From a virus, in the IMG/VR virus record IMGVR_UViG_3300031576_000006, positions 32,001 to 96,000 of that record: a stretch of 64,000 nt of DNA. One strand, 5' to 3'. The notes under the pieces are model-generated. The model had not been told where the DNA came from, did no database searches, and saw nothing but the letters and a program-made list of their open reading frames with translations. Positions 1-8,875 of this stretch are shown piece after piece. How positions within the stretch are numbered: position 1 is the stretch's first letter; the number at the start of each line of letters is the position of its first letter. The translations under genes were made by a program, and so were the position numbers.

Positions 1-342
1 GTACTTGAATCTTGGGAAGAACATCTTCATTAACTCGGCACCGCGCTTATCGGTATAGATCTCAGCCCTGTGACTGTAGCTTATGGATTGATTGAAAGTT
101 TTAAAGTGGTCTTGGTAAGTAGGAGTCTGACTGTGCATGAGCGGATATTTTCCTTCTCGCCAATTCAGATAGTGACCCATCTCATGGCAAAAAACATTTG
201 CTACCATGCGTTCGCCTCCACCGGCACCAACGGAAATAACTTCGCCATGGTTCCAATAACCGCCCTGGTTACCTTCTAACCATTCAATCCTAGCACCAAA
301 CATTGTTGCAATGTCTTCACAATATCTGTGCAGTTCAGTCAT
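1..342 (-). CDS. HExxH zinc metallopeptidase (ImmA/IrrE-like), runs off window start
   Basis: Not in ORF track. Manual translation from ATG at 342 (ATGA overlap with stop at 339-341): MTELHRYCEDIATMFGARIEW...VANVFCHEMGHYLNW...HRAEIYTDKRG; HEMGH motif plus a downstream Glu. Confidence 0.7.
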   Translation of the reverse strand, partial: MTELHRYCEDIATMFGARIEWLEGNQGGYWNHGEVISVGAGGGERMVANVFCHEMGHYLNWREGKYPLMHSQTPTYQDHFKTFNQSISYSHRAEIYTDKRGAELMKMFFPRFKY

Positions 343-707
343 TTTATATCCAACGCTTTCAATGCTGCCAGGCAAATGGCATGAGGCAGGGTTTCCGCCT
401 TCTCTTCCCATTCTTTATTAATCAAGTCACTATTGCGGAATTTTACCGTGTAATATCGATCTCCACAATATTGCCAATTCATGATGGTGACCATAATTCC
501 CTTCAAGGCTAACTTCTCTACGATTTTAAAAGCCTCTTCGGCTGAATCCGTATAGAAAGGGATCTCATTCATTAGAGTGCTGCCTTCGAACCTTATCCAA
601 TCCCAATCCGCAGGTCCATCACTTAGGGTTCTACCTTCGCTGGAAAAAACAGGATTGAGATTGAAGATATGTTTCGCAATGAGGGCGTCAATCTTTCTGT
701 CGATCAT
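339..707 (-). CDS. Phage ABA-sandwich domain protein
   Basis: Motifs DRKIDALIAKHIF, PFYTDSAEEAFKIVEKL and AETLPHAICLAALKA; start trimmed to ATG 707 (SD upstream, ATGA overlap). Confidence 0.7.
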   Translation of the reverse strand: MIDRKIDALIAKHIFNLNPVFSSEGRTLSDGPADWDWIRFEGSTLMNEIPFYTDSAEEAFKIVEKLALKGIMVTIMNWQYCGDRYYTVKFRNSDLINKEWEEKAETLPHAICLAALKALDIK

Positions 708-1003
708 AGTTTCCCCAATCTTCTCAGTGCTTCTCCTTTTGCACTGTGCCATTTTTTCCAGCCTTCTGTATTTTTTTGGTTTGGTTCTACGATTCCCATC
801 ATATAAAGGAATTCTACTTGAGCCCGGCGACCGGCACCGGCAGCACGTCTAACAACGGTGTGTTGGTGTCTACCGATGGGCCGTCTTATATGACCATCAA
901 TTTGATCTGCAGTTTGATGATAGACCATCCAAGCTTTTACGTAGGCTTCATACTCGTGATCAATCATAGGTTCAGATAGATATTCTTGTTTGAAATCACT
1001 CAT
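704..1003 (-). CDS. hypothetical protein
   Basis: ORF coupled by ATGA overlaps on both sides; start trimmed to MSDFKQ. Confidence 0.6.
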   Translation of the reverse strand: MSDFKQEYLSEPMIDHEYEAYVKAWMVYHQTADQIDGHIRRPIGRHQHTVVRRAAGAGRRAQVEFLYMMGIVEPNQKNTEGWKKWHSAKGEALRRLGKL

Positions 1004-1479
1004 ATATTTGGCCCAATAATTCCAAAGTGTGCATTCAAGGCTTTGAAAAATCCAGCCAACTCCGGAGCACGCCAAGCATGGTCAACGTATGTATGGGCGT
1101 TGTCAGAGTAGTGATAGTGATTTATTTCTAAATGGCGTTTGGCGTCGTCCTCAGTAAGAAATAAGCCTTTCTGCTCCCATCGCTTCTTGATGCCATATTC
1201 GTGCGCTTCTTTCATTTGCTCTTCGATGTCGTCGGCGTATCCAAGCTCTACCATCATATTTTCCATGGCCTTCTTGGAGTGAAATGATGAGTCATTCCAG
1301 TACCATTTAGTAAAGTCACAGTTTTCAATGGGTGCCGGATCTTCAACTTCAGTTCTAATGACATAGAAAAATGGGGATGCTGTACCTCTGTTGTTCTGAG
1401 TGGCCATCTTTGTGAGAAAGTTTTTTATAATTTCTTCGTTAGTGATGGTTGGTTCGGTGGTTGTAATATTTTTATCCAT
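1000..1479 (-). CDS. conserved phage hypothetical protein
   Basis: TQNNRGTASPFF...FLTEDDAKRHL...YVDHAWRAPE pattern seen in many phage early proteins. Confidence 0.55.
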   Translation of the reverse strand: MDKNITTTEPTITNEEIIKNFLTKMATQNNRGTASPFFYVIRTEVEDPAPIENCDFTKWYWNDSSFHSKKAMENMMVELGYADDIEEQMKEAHEYGIKKRWEQKGLFLTEDDAKRHLEINHYHYSDNAHTYVDHAWRAPELAGFFKALNAHFGIIGPNI

Positions 1480-1663
1480 TGATTGAAATCTCCTTCGATT
1501 CTTTATAAATCGTAAATTCTCCCTTGCAGATACGGCCTAAGGCACTATCGTATTTTACCTCATAGTCATCAAATTCTGAAGGAAGTTTATCCAACATTTC
1601 TTTAAGAATTTTTACAGTAATTTGTTTACCGCAGTCTGGATCGTTTTCAAATGGCTGCTCCAT
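1472..1663 (-). CDS. hypothetical protein
   Basis: SD AGGAG upstream; co-oriented and overlaps next gene. Confidence 0.55.
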   Translation of the reverse strand: MEQPFENDPDCGKQITVKILKEMLDKLPSEFDDYEVKYDSALGRICKGEFTIYKESKEISING

Positions 1664-1776
1664 TAATCATCTCCTTTTTATAGAACTGCAAATTTCTTGC
1701 ATAATAAAGCTCAATCTGCTGAGTAGATCTTCCAGTTTCTCTATATTAGCCTTAAGCTCTTTAAGTTCTTGCATTG

Positions 1777-2355
1777 TCACCTTATGATCATTTTAGGCAG
1801 GTTTGCCTTTTTTAGCAACAAATCTTCCATATTTTCAAAAGAAAGATCACAACAATCCTCTGTATTGCATTTGGGGCAAATATTAGACCGTCCTATACAG
1901 TTACCTTCGTAGTCATAATCACTTTCATCTTTAAGATCGGGGTGAAGGAATTTTTTACCACAATGGCAACATTTAACCTTAGTCTTCTTGTGTTTAAAGA
2001 AATATGGAGGTTCTGGTTCCATAAAGTTTAAGTGATCATAATTGTTGGTGACCGTGTACTTTAGACGATTTTTGAAGCGTTTCATGAGCTTCTCGATTAA
2101 AATGTCTACTTTTTCGGGATAATCGATAAGTAAATAATGAGTTTCGTAATAAATTTCTTCTGAGGACATTTTACTACTGGAGCCAGTCATCCTAACCTTA
2201 TCATTTTCCAACGATCTGTGTTTGCCCCTTACTGTAAATTCGCAGGTGGAATTAATAAGAATGTGAGCTTCGGTTTCTCCGGCATTAGGATTGCGTTCGA
2301 TCGACTTTGGATCTATTTCCACAAAAAATAATTGAGGTTCCTTATTTCTTTTCAT
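1777..2355 (-). CDS. hypothetical protein with C-terminal Zn-ribbon
   Basis: CCHCG...CPKC cysteine pairs. Confidence 0.6.
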   Translation of the reverse strand: MKRNKEPQLFFVEIDPKSIERNPNAGETEAHILINSTCEFTVRGKHRSLENDKVRMTGSSSKMSSEEIYYETHYLLIDYPEKVDILIEKLMKRFKNRLKYTVTNNYDHLNFMEPEPPYFFKHKKTKVKCCHCGKKFLHPDLKDESDYDYEGNCIGRSNICPKCNTEDCCDLSFENMEDLLLKKANLPKMIIR

Positions 2356-2364
2356 ATAATCTCT

Positions 2365-2613
2365 TCATGGTTTATGTGTTTTATTTTTATTAATGTCAAC
2401 TGAGAATAATCTCCCTTCCTGATACTGTTGTCGTACACGTAGGCGGTCAATATCTACGCCCTTAGAGATTATCCTATCTGAAACTGGAACCTGAGCGCCA
2501 AACGTTTTAGTATAAGCTATACATTCACCATCGGCATCCAGGTGTCTTTTTTGAACCAACTCTACAGCACTGTTAATAAATAATGCTCTATTTCGCTTCG
2601 GTTTTAGGTCCAC
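2365..2613 (-). CDS. hypothetical protein
   Basis: Co-oriented ORF in operon; GTG start with GAGGG upstream. Confidence 0.5.
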   Translation of the reverse strand: MDLKPKRNRALFINSAVELVQKRHLDADGECIAYTKTFGAQVPVSDRIISKGVDIDRLRVRQQYQEGRLFSVDINKNKTHKP

Positions 2614-3076
2614 TAGCAGTCCCTCCTATGTTAATGGAGGTTCCCCTAATTCTCCAGTGGCAATATCGCATGCGCTGATCTTCACCATTGGCTGTCATAA
2701 ATCGATCTAAGTAAGTGTTGTCCACCAAATACTGATATTTGCCGAAATTCAATAGTTTATAATTGACCTGACTAGTTACCTTGTTTTTAATAAGCCTGAG
2801 AATTTGTTTGACGATGAACGATGATTGTGTGTCTCCCGACATGCCCTGTGGGACATCAATCCAGGCCGCATCTACATCGCGGCGATCTAAGTAGTTTGGG
2901 ATATCGAGATCTGGACTTATAAAAACAGTAGCGCCCTTCGTAAGGGCGTTTTCAATCCAAACTTCATCAGACTCGCTTCGAGCGTGATAAACTATATCAT
3001 AACCGGCTTCCCGGATCTCCTGAGCCGCTTTGCGGGAAATTTGATTGTCAAGAGCCAGCTTGATTAGGATTAGCAC
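2588..3076 (-). CDS. PIN-like (DUF5615/Mut7-C-type) nuclease-fold protein
   Basis: LALDNQIS...GYDIV...SESDEVWIENA...VFISPDLDI matches the acidic-residue spacing of small PIN-like domains. Confidence 0.55.
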   Translation of the reverse strand: MLILIKLALDNQISRKAAQEIREAGYDIVYHARSESDEVWIENALTKGATVFISPDLDIPNYLDRRDVDAAWIDVPQGMSGDTQSSFIVKQILRLIKNKVTSQVNYKLLNFGKYQYLVDNTYLDRFMTANGEDQRMRYCHWRIRGTSINIGGTASGPKTEAK

Positions 3077-3291
3077 TAGGACAACCTTTCCCTCAGAGTT
3101 TCACGCTCTTTTTCATGAAGCGCACGCTTTTTTCTAAGAAAAGAAATCATCTCTCTATCTCCCGATTGATTTCCTTCAGAATTTTCGAGTAGAAATTTTT
3201 GATATATTTCAATTTCGGTACTAATTTTCGCGATGATGGCCGCCTTGCCATCCAGAGCTTTTTGTTTACGTCTTCTTTGATATACGGTCAT
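3076..3291 (-). CDS. hypothetical protein
   Basis: Strong SD GGAGGAGG; TAGTG stop/start coupling. Confidence 0.6.
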   Translation of the reverse strand: MTVYQRRRKQKALDGKAAIIAKISTEIEIYQKFLLENSEGNQSGDREMISFLRKKRALHEKERETLRERLS

Positions 3292-3605
3292 ACCTCCTCC
3301 TTAATAGGATCATCAATAAGATAAATGGTTACCGGCATCTCCCTGAATGATTCAGATACCATAACTCCATCCAGCTGCTTTTTATCTTCACTATCAAGGT
3401 TGCGCCACTTAGCAATATCAGCATTTTTGGCAATGCCGATAGGTGCGCCTCTTTCCATAGATCCAGTATCAAATCTATGTTCTTTCAGCCAAGTAGTGGC
3501 TTCACTGTAAGCCGAGAAATTGTCATTAGGTGTACCGTTGAATGTTTTAGTGAATCCCAACTCTTTACCGATAAACCCCTTCACTTGTTCCTTTGTATAG
3601 AGCAT
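3288..3605 (-). CDS. conserved phage hypothetical protein
   Basis: AGGAGG SD before ATG 3605; motif GAPIGI...IAKWRNL...LDG. Confidence 0.6.
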   Translation of the reverse strand: MLYTKEQVKGFIGKELGFTKTFNGTPNDNFSAYSEATTWLKEHRFDTGSMERGAPIGIAKNADIAKWRNLDSEDKKQLDGVMVSESFREMPVTIYLIDDPIKEEV

Positions 3606-3631
3606 AAAACCTCCTAGATTTAGTTTACCAC

Positions 3632-3665
3632 AAGAAAACACCGCCGTCCAACATTGAACGGCGGC
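3632..3665 (-). terminator. intrinsic terminator
   Basis: Minus strand GCCGCCGTTCAA-TG-TTGGACGGCGGT hairpin followed by GTTTTCTT, just after the stop of 3675..4127. Confidence 0.75.
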
Positions 3666-3674
3666 TAATATTAT

Positions 3675-4127
3675 TTAGTAATCGTAACCGACGCCGAGCA
3701 TGAACGTGCCGTTCGTCAAGACTTGTCCGTTTCCAGACCATCGTTCGTCTAACATATGATCAAGGCCAAATCCGAGAACTGCATCGTTCTTAGTTCGAAC
3801 CGTCATAGTTGAGCCATTGACTTCTTTGTCAATCTTATTGCTGGGTCCTACACCGCCCATCAATCTTACCCGGTTCAATCTTTGAACCGGAACTTCAACA
3901 ACTTGCGTTTGAACTGCAACCTGCTGTTCAGCTGCGGCTGCAGCTTCACCGATCTTCACAACTTTGTATTCAGCGCGGCTCATATCGCCGATTTTTTTAC
4001 CTGAAGGTTGGTGAATCACAAGGATTCGGTATTCAGCCAGTTGTTCTTTGGTCATATCATCGAACATACTTTCTGCGCTGGCTACTGCCGCTACGAACAT
4101 AATTAAGAAAATAATTAATTGTTTCAT
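3675..4127 (-). CDS. secreted protein with C-terminal outer-membrane beta-strands
   Basis: Sec signal MKQLIIFLIMFVAAVASA; four amphipathic strands ending FMLGVGYDY (aromatic beta-signal). Confidence 0.6.
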   Translation of the reverse strand: MKQLIIFLIMFVAAVASAESMFDDMTKEQLAEYRILVIHQPSGKKIGDMSRAEYKVVKIGEAAAAAEQQVAVQTQVVEVPVQRLNRVRLMGGVGPSNKIDKEVNGSTMTVRTKNDAVLGFGLDHMLDERWSGNGQVLTNGTFMLGVGYDY

Positions 4128-4137
4128 TTTTCCCGCC

Positions 4138-4758
4138 TTAGTTAAATTCTATCAGCTTCGCATCATTTGGCTCTGCGAAGGTTAAGAGTTTGCCGTTGAT
4201 CCAGAACATTGGACTTGAGTTTTGCAGTGTTGCTTTTTTGGTTGAACTGTGGCAAGAATTGTTATTGTACACATTATATTCATTTGATGAGCTTTTGCCA
4301 TAATATCCATCAGCGATTGCATGGCATGAACTTGAGGTGAAAGTTGTGATAGTTACCGACCCCGAAGATTCTCCTGGAGGACCCTGAGGACCATCATTAC
4401 CATCTTCACCGTCTGATCCATCTTCACCGTCTGATCCATCTTCACCGTCTGATCCATCTTCACCGTCTGATCCATCTTCACCGTCTGATCCATCTTCACC
4501 GTCTGATCCGGCTGGGCCGCGAGGAATGGTGATAGATCCAGCGTAAGTATCGAGTTCTGACACTGAATTGGATTCATCTGAATCGACATAGAAATCGACC
4601 TGGATACCTTCTTCAACTGTAGTAGAAGTAAAAAGAAGTTTCTGGACTTTGCCAGGCGCTCCGCCATCACCCTTGTCGCCCTTGTAGGCGCTGATCTCGG
4701 CTGTCTGAGCACATCCGGCAACCAATGCCATTAAAATAATACCTTTCAAAAATTTCAT
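4138..4758 (-). CDS. collagen-like lipoprotein
   Basis: Lipobox LVAG-C; Gly-X-Y runs GDKGDGGAPG and (GSDGED)x6-GNDGPQGPPGE. Confidence 0.75.
   Translation of the reverse strand: MKFLKGIILMALVAGCAQTAEISAYKGDKGDGGAPGKVQKLLFTSTTVEEGIQVDFYVDSDESNSVSELDTYAGSITIPRGPAGSDGEDGSDGEDGSDGEDGSDGEDGSDGEDGSDGEDGNDGPQGPPGESSGSVTITTFTSSSCHAIADGYYGKSSSNEYNVYNNNSCHSSTKKATLQNSSPMFWINGKLLTFAEPNDAKLIEFN
4400..4509. repeat. perfect 18-bp tandem repeat x6 (CCATCTTCACCGTCTGAT)
   Basis: Six identical units read directly; they encode GSDGED on the minus strand. Confidence 0.95.
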
Positions 4759-4985
4759 ACCCCGTCCCCTTCGTTTTGGCCGTTATTGGCCGTTTTTAAG
4801 TTTCCTTTTTTTAATTCTGGATTAAAGAAAAGTTCAAGAATAACTTCGCGGACGAATTGTTCGCCCATGGTCGCCATCATATTGCGCATATGGACGCAAA
4901 TAATATAGGCGTCCGGCGCAGCCTCCAGGCTAAATTCACGCTTCTTTGACTTTATTAAATTATTTTTTGGTTGTTCGTCGCTCAT
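4755..4985 (-). CDS. hypothetical protein
   Basis: ATGA-coupled ORF with GGAGG SD. Confidence 0.55.
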   Translation of the reverse strand: MSDEQPKNNLIKSKKREFSLEAAPDAYIICVHMRNMMATMGEQFVREVILELFFNPELKKGNLKTANNGQNEGDGV

Positions 4986-5251
4986 TCGTGCCTCCCTTGA
5001 GCATCTTTTTTAGCCAAACGTGCGTCGATAATCACCTTGGCATCATTCATGATTTGGTAGGCCAACTCAAAGTATCCGGCGAGGCTTGCTTCCTGAGCGT
5101 CTGAGAGCATAGACATGACGTACAAAGAAGCAGGCATGGTAGAATTGTCACATCGCTCCAAGGCATCCTTACGATCTTGCTCCATTTTAGTCTTTATGGT
5201 AGCGATCCTGACCTCTTCCTGAACTATTCCGTTTTTACATACTAATCCCAT
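4982..5251 (-). CDS. hypothetical protein
   Basis: Start trimmed to ATG 5251 after GGGAGG SD and a sigma70 promoter. Confidence 0.55.
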   Translation of the reverse strand: MGLVCKNGIVQEEVRIATIKTKMEQDRKDALERCDNSTMPASLYVMSMLSDAQEASLAGYFELAYQIMNDAKVIIDARLAKKDAQGRHE

Positions 5252-5272
5252 AGACTTCCTCCCTATAGATAC

Positions 5273-5300
5273 AGTATATCGCAGTAAGTAAAAAATACAA
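5273..5300 (-). promoter_or_regulatory. sigma70-like early promoter
   Basis: TTGTAT-N16-TATACT; shares GATATACTGTAT with the promoter at 9190-9217. Confidence 0.6.
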
Positions 5301-5319
5301 TCTTTCATCTGAAAAAGTT

Positions 5320-5517
5320 TCATTTTGAAACAACCTCGAACCCATCTTTCATATATTTTACGTACCGCTCAGCCTCAGATTGATATATGAAGCACATATC
5401 TCCCCCAAAATCCTTTTCATCTAGATCTTCGGGCCTTTGTATCGTTCTCCAAAAGAACCAAAGAAATCTGATTTGAATTTTATAAAATCCTCCCTGTAAT
5501 ATAATGCGTGTTTTCAT
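5320..5517 (-). CDS. hypothetical protein
   Basis: SD GAGGAGG; ATGA coupling. Confidence 0.55.
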   Translation of the reverse strand: MKTRIILQGGFYKIQIRFLWFFWRTIQRPEDLDEKDFGGDMCFIYQSEAERYVKYMKDGFEVVSK

Positions 5518-5717
5518 TCTTCCTCCTCATAATAAATTTCTACATGGTTAGCTGCCCACTCGTTGACTTCCTCTTCTTTTTCGTCCTCGGTTAATGCCAA
5601 CCATTCTTCTTTGGTATAGCCAAGGCTCTTTTGTCCTTTTTCTGTATTAAGATCAAAAGTCACTGATTTGCATGAGTGTATATTTGCACAAGAATCTAGA
5701 TTAAATGTTACTTTCAT
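5514..5717 (-). CDS. hypothetical protein
   Basis: ATGA-coupled acidic small ORF. Confidence 0.55.
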   Translation of the reverse strand: MKVTFNLDSCANIHSCKSVTFDLNTEKGQKSLGYTKEEWLALTEDEKEEEVNEWAANHVEIYYEEEE

Positions 5718-6178
5718 AATAAACACCAAATGATAAAATAATTAGTTAAGTGATGGGCCATTTGATCTGCGCCCAGACTCCACCAGAATAGAGTATTTGA
5801 ACGTAATTGAGCTTTAGCTTTATTATTGAAAGATAATTGTTTTATCACTGGAATAAACTCAGCTTTACTTAAAGCTTCATAACGTCCTAATAAATTCGGA
5901 CTAGCTTTAATCCGATCCACCACAAAATGAACGCTAAAGTCAAAGACAGCTAATCCTAATGCCATAGGCCACATGAAAAAGTGGTGTGTGTAGTAAAAAT
6001 AATACAACAATACAATAATAAAAGTGAAGAATGCATGAACTCCACAATGAGCAGCTAGAGGTAATGCCCAGTCTTTAGATTTGAATTTACCCATCATATA
6101 TTTTCCCTGGAGTGGGAAGTCTGCCAAGAAGTGTTTGATTTGATAAACAGTCAGCAATATAAAAATTTCTGTAATCAT
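5714..6178 (-). CDS. DUF3307-family membrane protein
   Basis: KHFLADFPLQ...HCGVH...HFVVDRIK...GADQMAHH His/Asp pattern with TM segments. Confidence 0.75.
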   Translation of the reverse strand: MITEIFILLTVYQIKHFLADFPLQGKYMMGKFKSKDWALPLAAHCGVHAFFTFIIVLLYYFYYTHHFFMWPMALGLAVFDFSVHFVVDRIKASPNLLGRYEALSKAEFIPVIKQLSFNNKAKAQLRSNTLFWWSLGADQMAHHLTNYFIIWCLL

Positions 6179-6582
6179 AATTCCCCCCAATAACTCATCG
6201 TTGTTCTTGCATATTCAATACCGTCTTTGTAAAAGAACGAATTTTGACTGTTTAAATACATATCGGCAATCCATAATTTACCAGTTCTCTGACTTTCCTT
6301 GATGGCTGCGAGTGAAATAAGCTCTTTAGCTGATTCTTTACGGTCTTGATTCCCTTTAGGTAATTTTATTATTAATTCTTTCGTGTGTTTTTGTTTACCT
6401 ACTTTCTCTAGGTGTTCCACTTCCATATCAATTGGTCTTTCGGCCAGCCCCATTATGCCTTGCATAAAATCCTCATGAGTCATTCTAATCTCGATGAATC
6501 TTGCCCCTGAGACTTCATCTTTCATCCGTATACTGACTAGGCCGTCAGATGGGTTTGATATCGTAATTCTACCTTTGATCAT
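6175..6582 (-). CDS. hypothetical protein
   Basis: AAGGAGG SD; ATGA coupling. Confidence 0.6.
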   Translation of the reverse strand: MIKGRITISNPSDGLVSIRMKDEVSGARFIEIRMTHEDFMQGIMGLAERPIDMEVEHLEKVGKQKHTKELIIKLPKGNQDRKESAKELISLAAIKESQRTGKLWIADMYLNSQNSFFYKDGIEYARTTMSYWGEL

Positions 6583-6812
6583 AATTCCTCCTTATGCCCC
6601 TTACAGTCAGGACTGTCGCAAACATGATTAGGGTCTGTTTCAGTAGCAGCAGCCGTTTCTGCTAAAGCACCGCGCATGAATTTTTGTTTGAGGGCTTCAA
6701 CTACTACATCAGCCGCTATCGCACCATCTCTGAGGCCATCATGTCGCCAAGCAGTTGCCAGGCGTTCGACTTCTTGTATTACTTCGTTTAAATTGGCATT
6801 TTTCTTGCTCAT
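6579..6812 (-). CDS. hypothetical protein
   Basis: TAATG coupling; C-terminal CxxxxC. Confidence 0.55.
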   Translation of the reverse strand: MSKKNANLNEVIQEVERLATAWRHDGLRDGAIAADVVVEALKQKFMRGALAETAAATETDPNHVCDSPDCKGHKEEL

Positions 6813-7264
6813 TATTTCCAACTTTTGTGAAAGATTAAATACGCTTCTGCGATCGGGTAGTTTATAAACTCCATAGAATCGAAACTGTCAATGTCGCCGG
6901 AGTGAGCAATGTTGTTATTGTAAATGACCGACCATGTGCTCTCTTCTTTATAGCAGTGTTGGTTGATCAGTAATACATTCATCGTGTTGATATCCGGCTT
7001 TCCTCTCTTGACACTATGAGCCTCCACCACATTACCGAGAGTTACTGGTATGATTTCGAATCCGCGCTTTTTCAAAAATGAGAACATCATAGAGTTTGGC
7101 CAGTGCCCCTTTCTGGACATTTTTATAATTTTTTCGTATGGCAGTTTGGTTAAAGTGTAAAGTGCATATGCGCCGCATTCCGCAGACATCATTTCCTGGG
7201 CGAAGCGAAAATGAGGAGTGCGATATTCTTTCCAGTTTATTAATTTTGGTATGCCGATTCTCAT
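6812..7264 (-). CDS. C39/papain-like fold protein (catalytic His uncertain)
   Basis: AQ...AECGAYAL motif typical of the C39 N-terminus; expected His position reads STWSVI. Confidence 0.4.
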   Translation of the reverse strand: MRIGIPKLINWKEYRTPHFRFAQEMMSAECGAYALYTLTKLPYEKIIKMSRKGHWPNSMMFSFLKKRGFEIIPVTLGNVVEAHSVKRGKPDINTMNVLLINQHCYKEESTWSVIYNNNIAHSGDIDSFDSMEFINYPIAEAYLIFHKSWK

Positions 7265-7713
7265 TTTTTCTTCTCCCCGCACGAGGCGCAGTATTCGTAA
7301 GTTTCGATTAGGCCGACATAAGGAACAAGCTGATGCTGATTATAGGCGTTAAAATAAACACATACTGATTTTGGTACGACCGTGAATCCGCGTGACTCTG
7401 GAAAATTTTCAATATACTCTGGCATACCAAGGAAATCTGAAGGTTGGATTTTACCGGCATATGGCTTAAGTTTCGTTACCAGAGGATTGACCGCTGCACC
7501 CCATAGAGCCTGATTTACAGCAACTCCATTTACGGCCCTAAGCATATAGTCAAGGGAGGCAACATTCCAACTGTATCTTTTTCCATCGTCTTCTTTTATT
7601 TCATATTTTTGATATGCAACTGCCACAGTGAAAATTGCTATCACCTCTCCATAGAAAAATACACTTGCTTTAGCTGCAAATCTATCTCCAACTTTCATCA
7701 TCGGTTTACTCAT
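7261..7713 (-). CDS. hypothetical protein
   Basis: GAGGAG SD; C-terminal CASC. Confidence 0.55.
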   Translation of the reverse strand: MSKPMMKVGDRFAAKASVFFYGEVIAIFTVAVAYQKYEIKEDDGKRYSWNVASLDYMLRAVNGVAVNQALWGAAVNPLVTKLKPYAGKIQPSDFLGMPEYIENFPESRGFTVVPKSVCVYFNAYNQHQLVPYVGLIETYEYCASCGEKKK

Positions 7714-7931
7714 AAAACTCCCTCGGATTTCCATGTTTCTAGCACCTTCAACGCATCAAGCCCATAGACTGTAGTTTCTCCGATAGGTCCACCCCATTCA
7801 TCATCCTGATTCAACTTAGCTGCTTCTTTAGTTTTGAAGGGGCCGACAGTTATGCCTGAATATCTAGGTTCGTATGAAAAATACGTGGCTTTCAGGGTAC
7901 TTAGAGGTCCGAATGCGGTTGAATAATCCAT
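7710..7931 (-). CDS. hypothetical protein
   Basis: Coupled ORF; start trimmed to MDYST. Confidence 0.5.
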   Translation of the reverse strand: MDYSTAFGPLSTLKATYFSYEPRYSGITVGPFKTKEAAKLNQDDEWGGPIGETTVYGLDALKVLETWKSEGVL

Positions 7932-8225
7932 TAGACTTCTCCCCAATATTGCCAAGTACCTTGACCTTTGCGATTCCAGTCATTGAGCATTAAAAGAAAT
8001 GTGAGGGTTGACATTTCACCCACCGTCCGTTTTTTAAAAACAACGCCAGTTGGGACATAGAATGCAAAATAAGTTCGTTCTTCCATACTTTCCCTCAATT
8101 CAAATAAGATCGAACGTCATCGAATCTGTGTTTTCGAATCAAAAAGTTACCTTTGTAAAAAACTGTATAGGTCTGCTTCGTGCAACTCCAAACCACTGTA
8201 AAGTTTTCGTTCTTTCTGGTGAATG

Positions 8226-8462
8226 TCATAATTCACCCTTCGCCTGAGCCTTGCCAAGCTCGAAATCGTTAACGGCGTGAGTCTCGCACTCAATTTTGCC
8301 ACAAGTCGCTTCGAAGCCAACCATAGGTTCATTGGTTTGGAAATGATGGAACGGAGCAGCTTTTGCTGGTGCATCACAGTAGTTGCAAAGGATTAGCAGT
8401 TGATTCATTTCACCCCTTGGGAGGGTTACCGCTGGGCCACTGTATCTTACCGTTAATTCCAT
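8226..8462 (-). CDS. hypothetical Zn-finger-like protein
   Basis: AGGAG SD; CNYC...CGKIEC. Confidence 0.55.
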   Translation of the reverse strand: MELTVRYSGPAVTLPRGEMNQLLILCNYCDAPAKAAPFHHFQTNEPMVGFEATCGKIECETHAVNDFELGKAQAKGEL

Positions 8463-8473
8463 AAGTACTCCTA

Positions 8474-8875
8474 TTAGGCCGAAGCTTCAAATATAGCATC
8501 TTGACACCGTTTTACAAAATCATTTGCGAGTTTAAGCTGGCGCTCAATAACTTCGTTCGGATCTTCTGAATGAAAGTTTTCGCTCCAAAATGATTCACCA
8601 CCAATACCGTCATCAGCACTGAAAAGAACGCTGTATTCGAGTTTGCCAATAGTGTATTCGTGTATGTAAATTTTCATGCCGCCTTTTTGTATTGAAGTGT
8701 GCCAGCCGCAATTTTCCCATACTGCCACTTTCCAACCGGTTTTGTTTTTGAGGAGCTTTAAGGCCGCCCTAGCCTTTGCTCTGGCCTTAAGATAAGCCTT
8801 ATGGGTACATTCAAAGCCGCAAGCCGGAGCACAATAGATCTTTTCTTTTCTAACTGCTTTCCAACTTAATCCCAT
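8474..8875 (-). CDS. hypothetical protein
   Basis: AGGGGG SD; YCAPACGFECT motif. Confidence 0.6.
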   Translation of the reverse strand: MGLSWKAVRKEKIYCAPACGFECTHKAYLKARAKARAALKLLKNKTGWKVAVWENCGWHTSIQKGGMKIYIHEYTIGKLEYSVLFSADDGIGGESFWSENFHSEDPNEVIERQLKLANDFVKRCQDAIFEASA

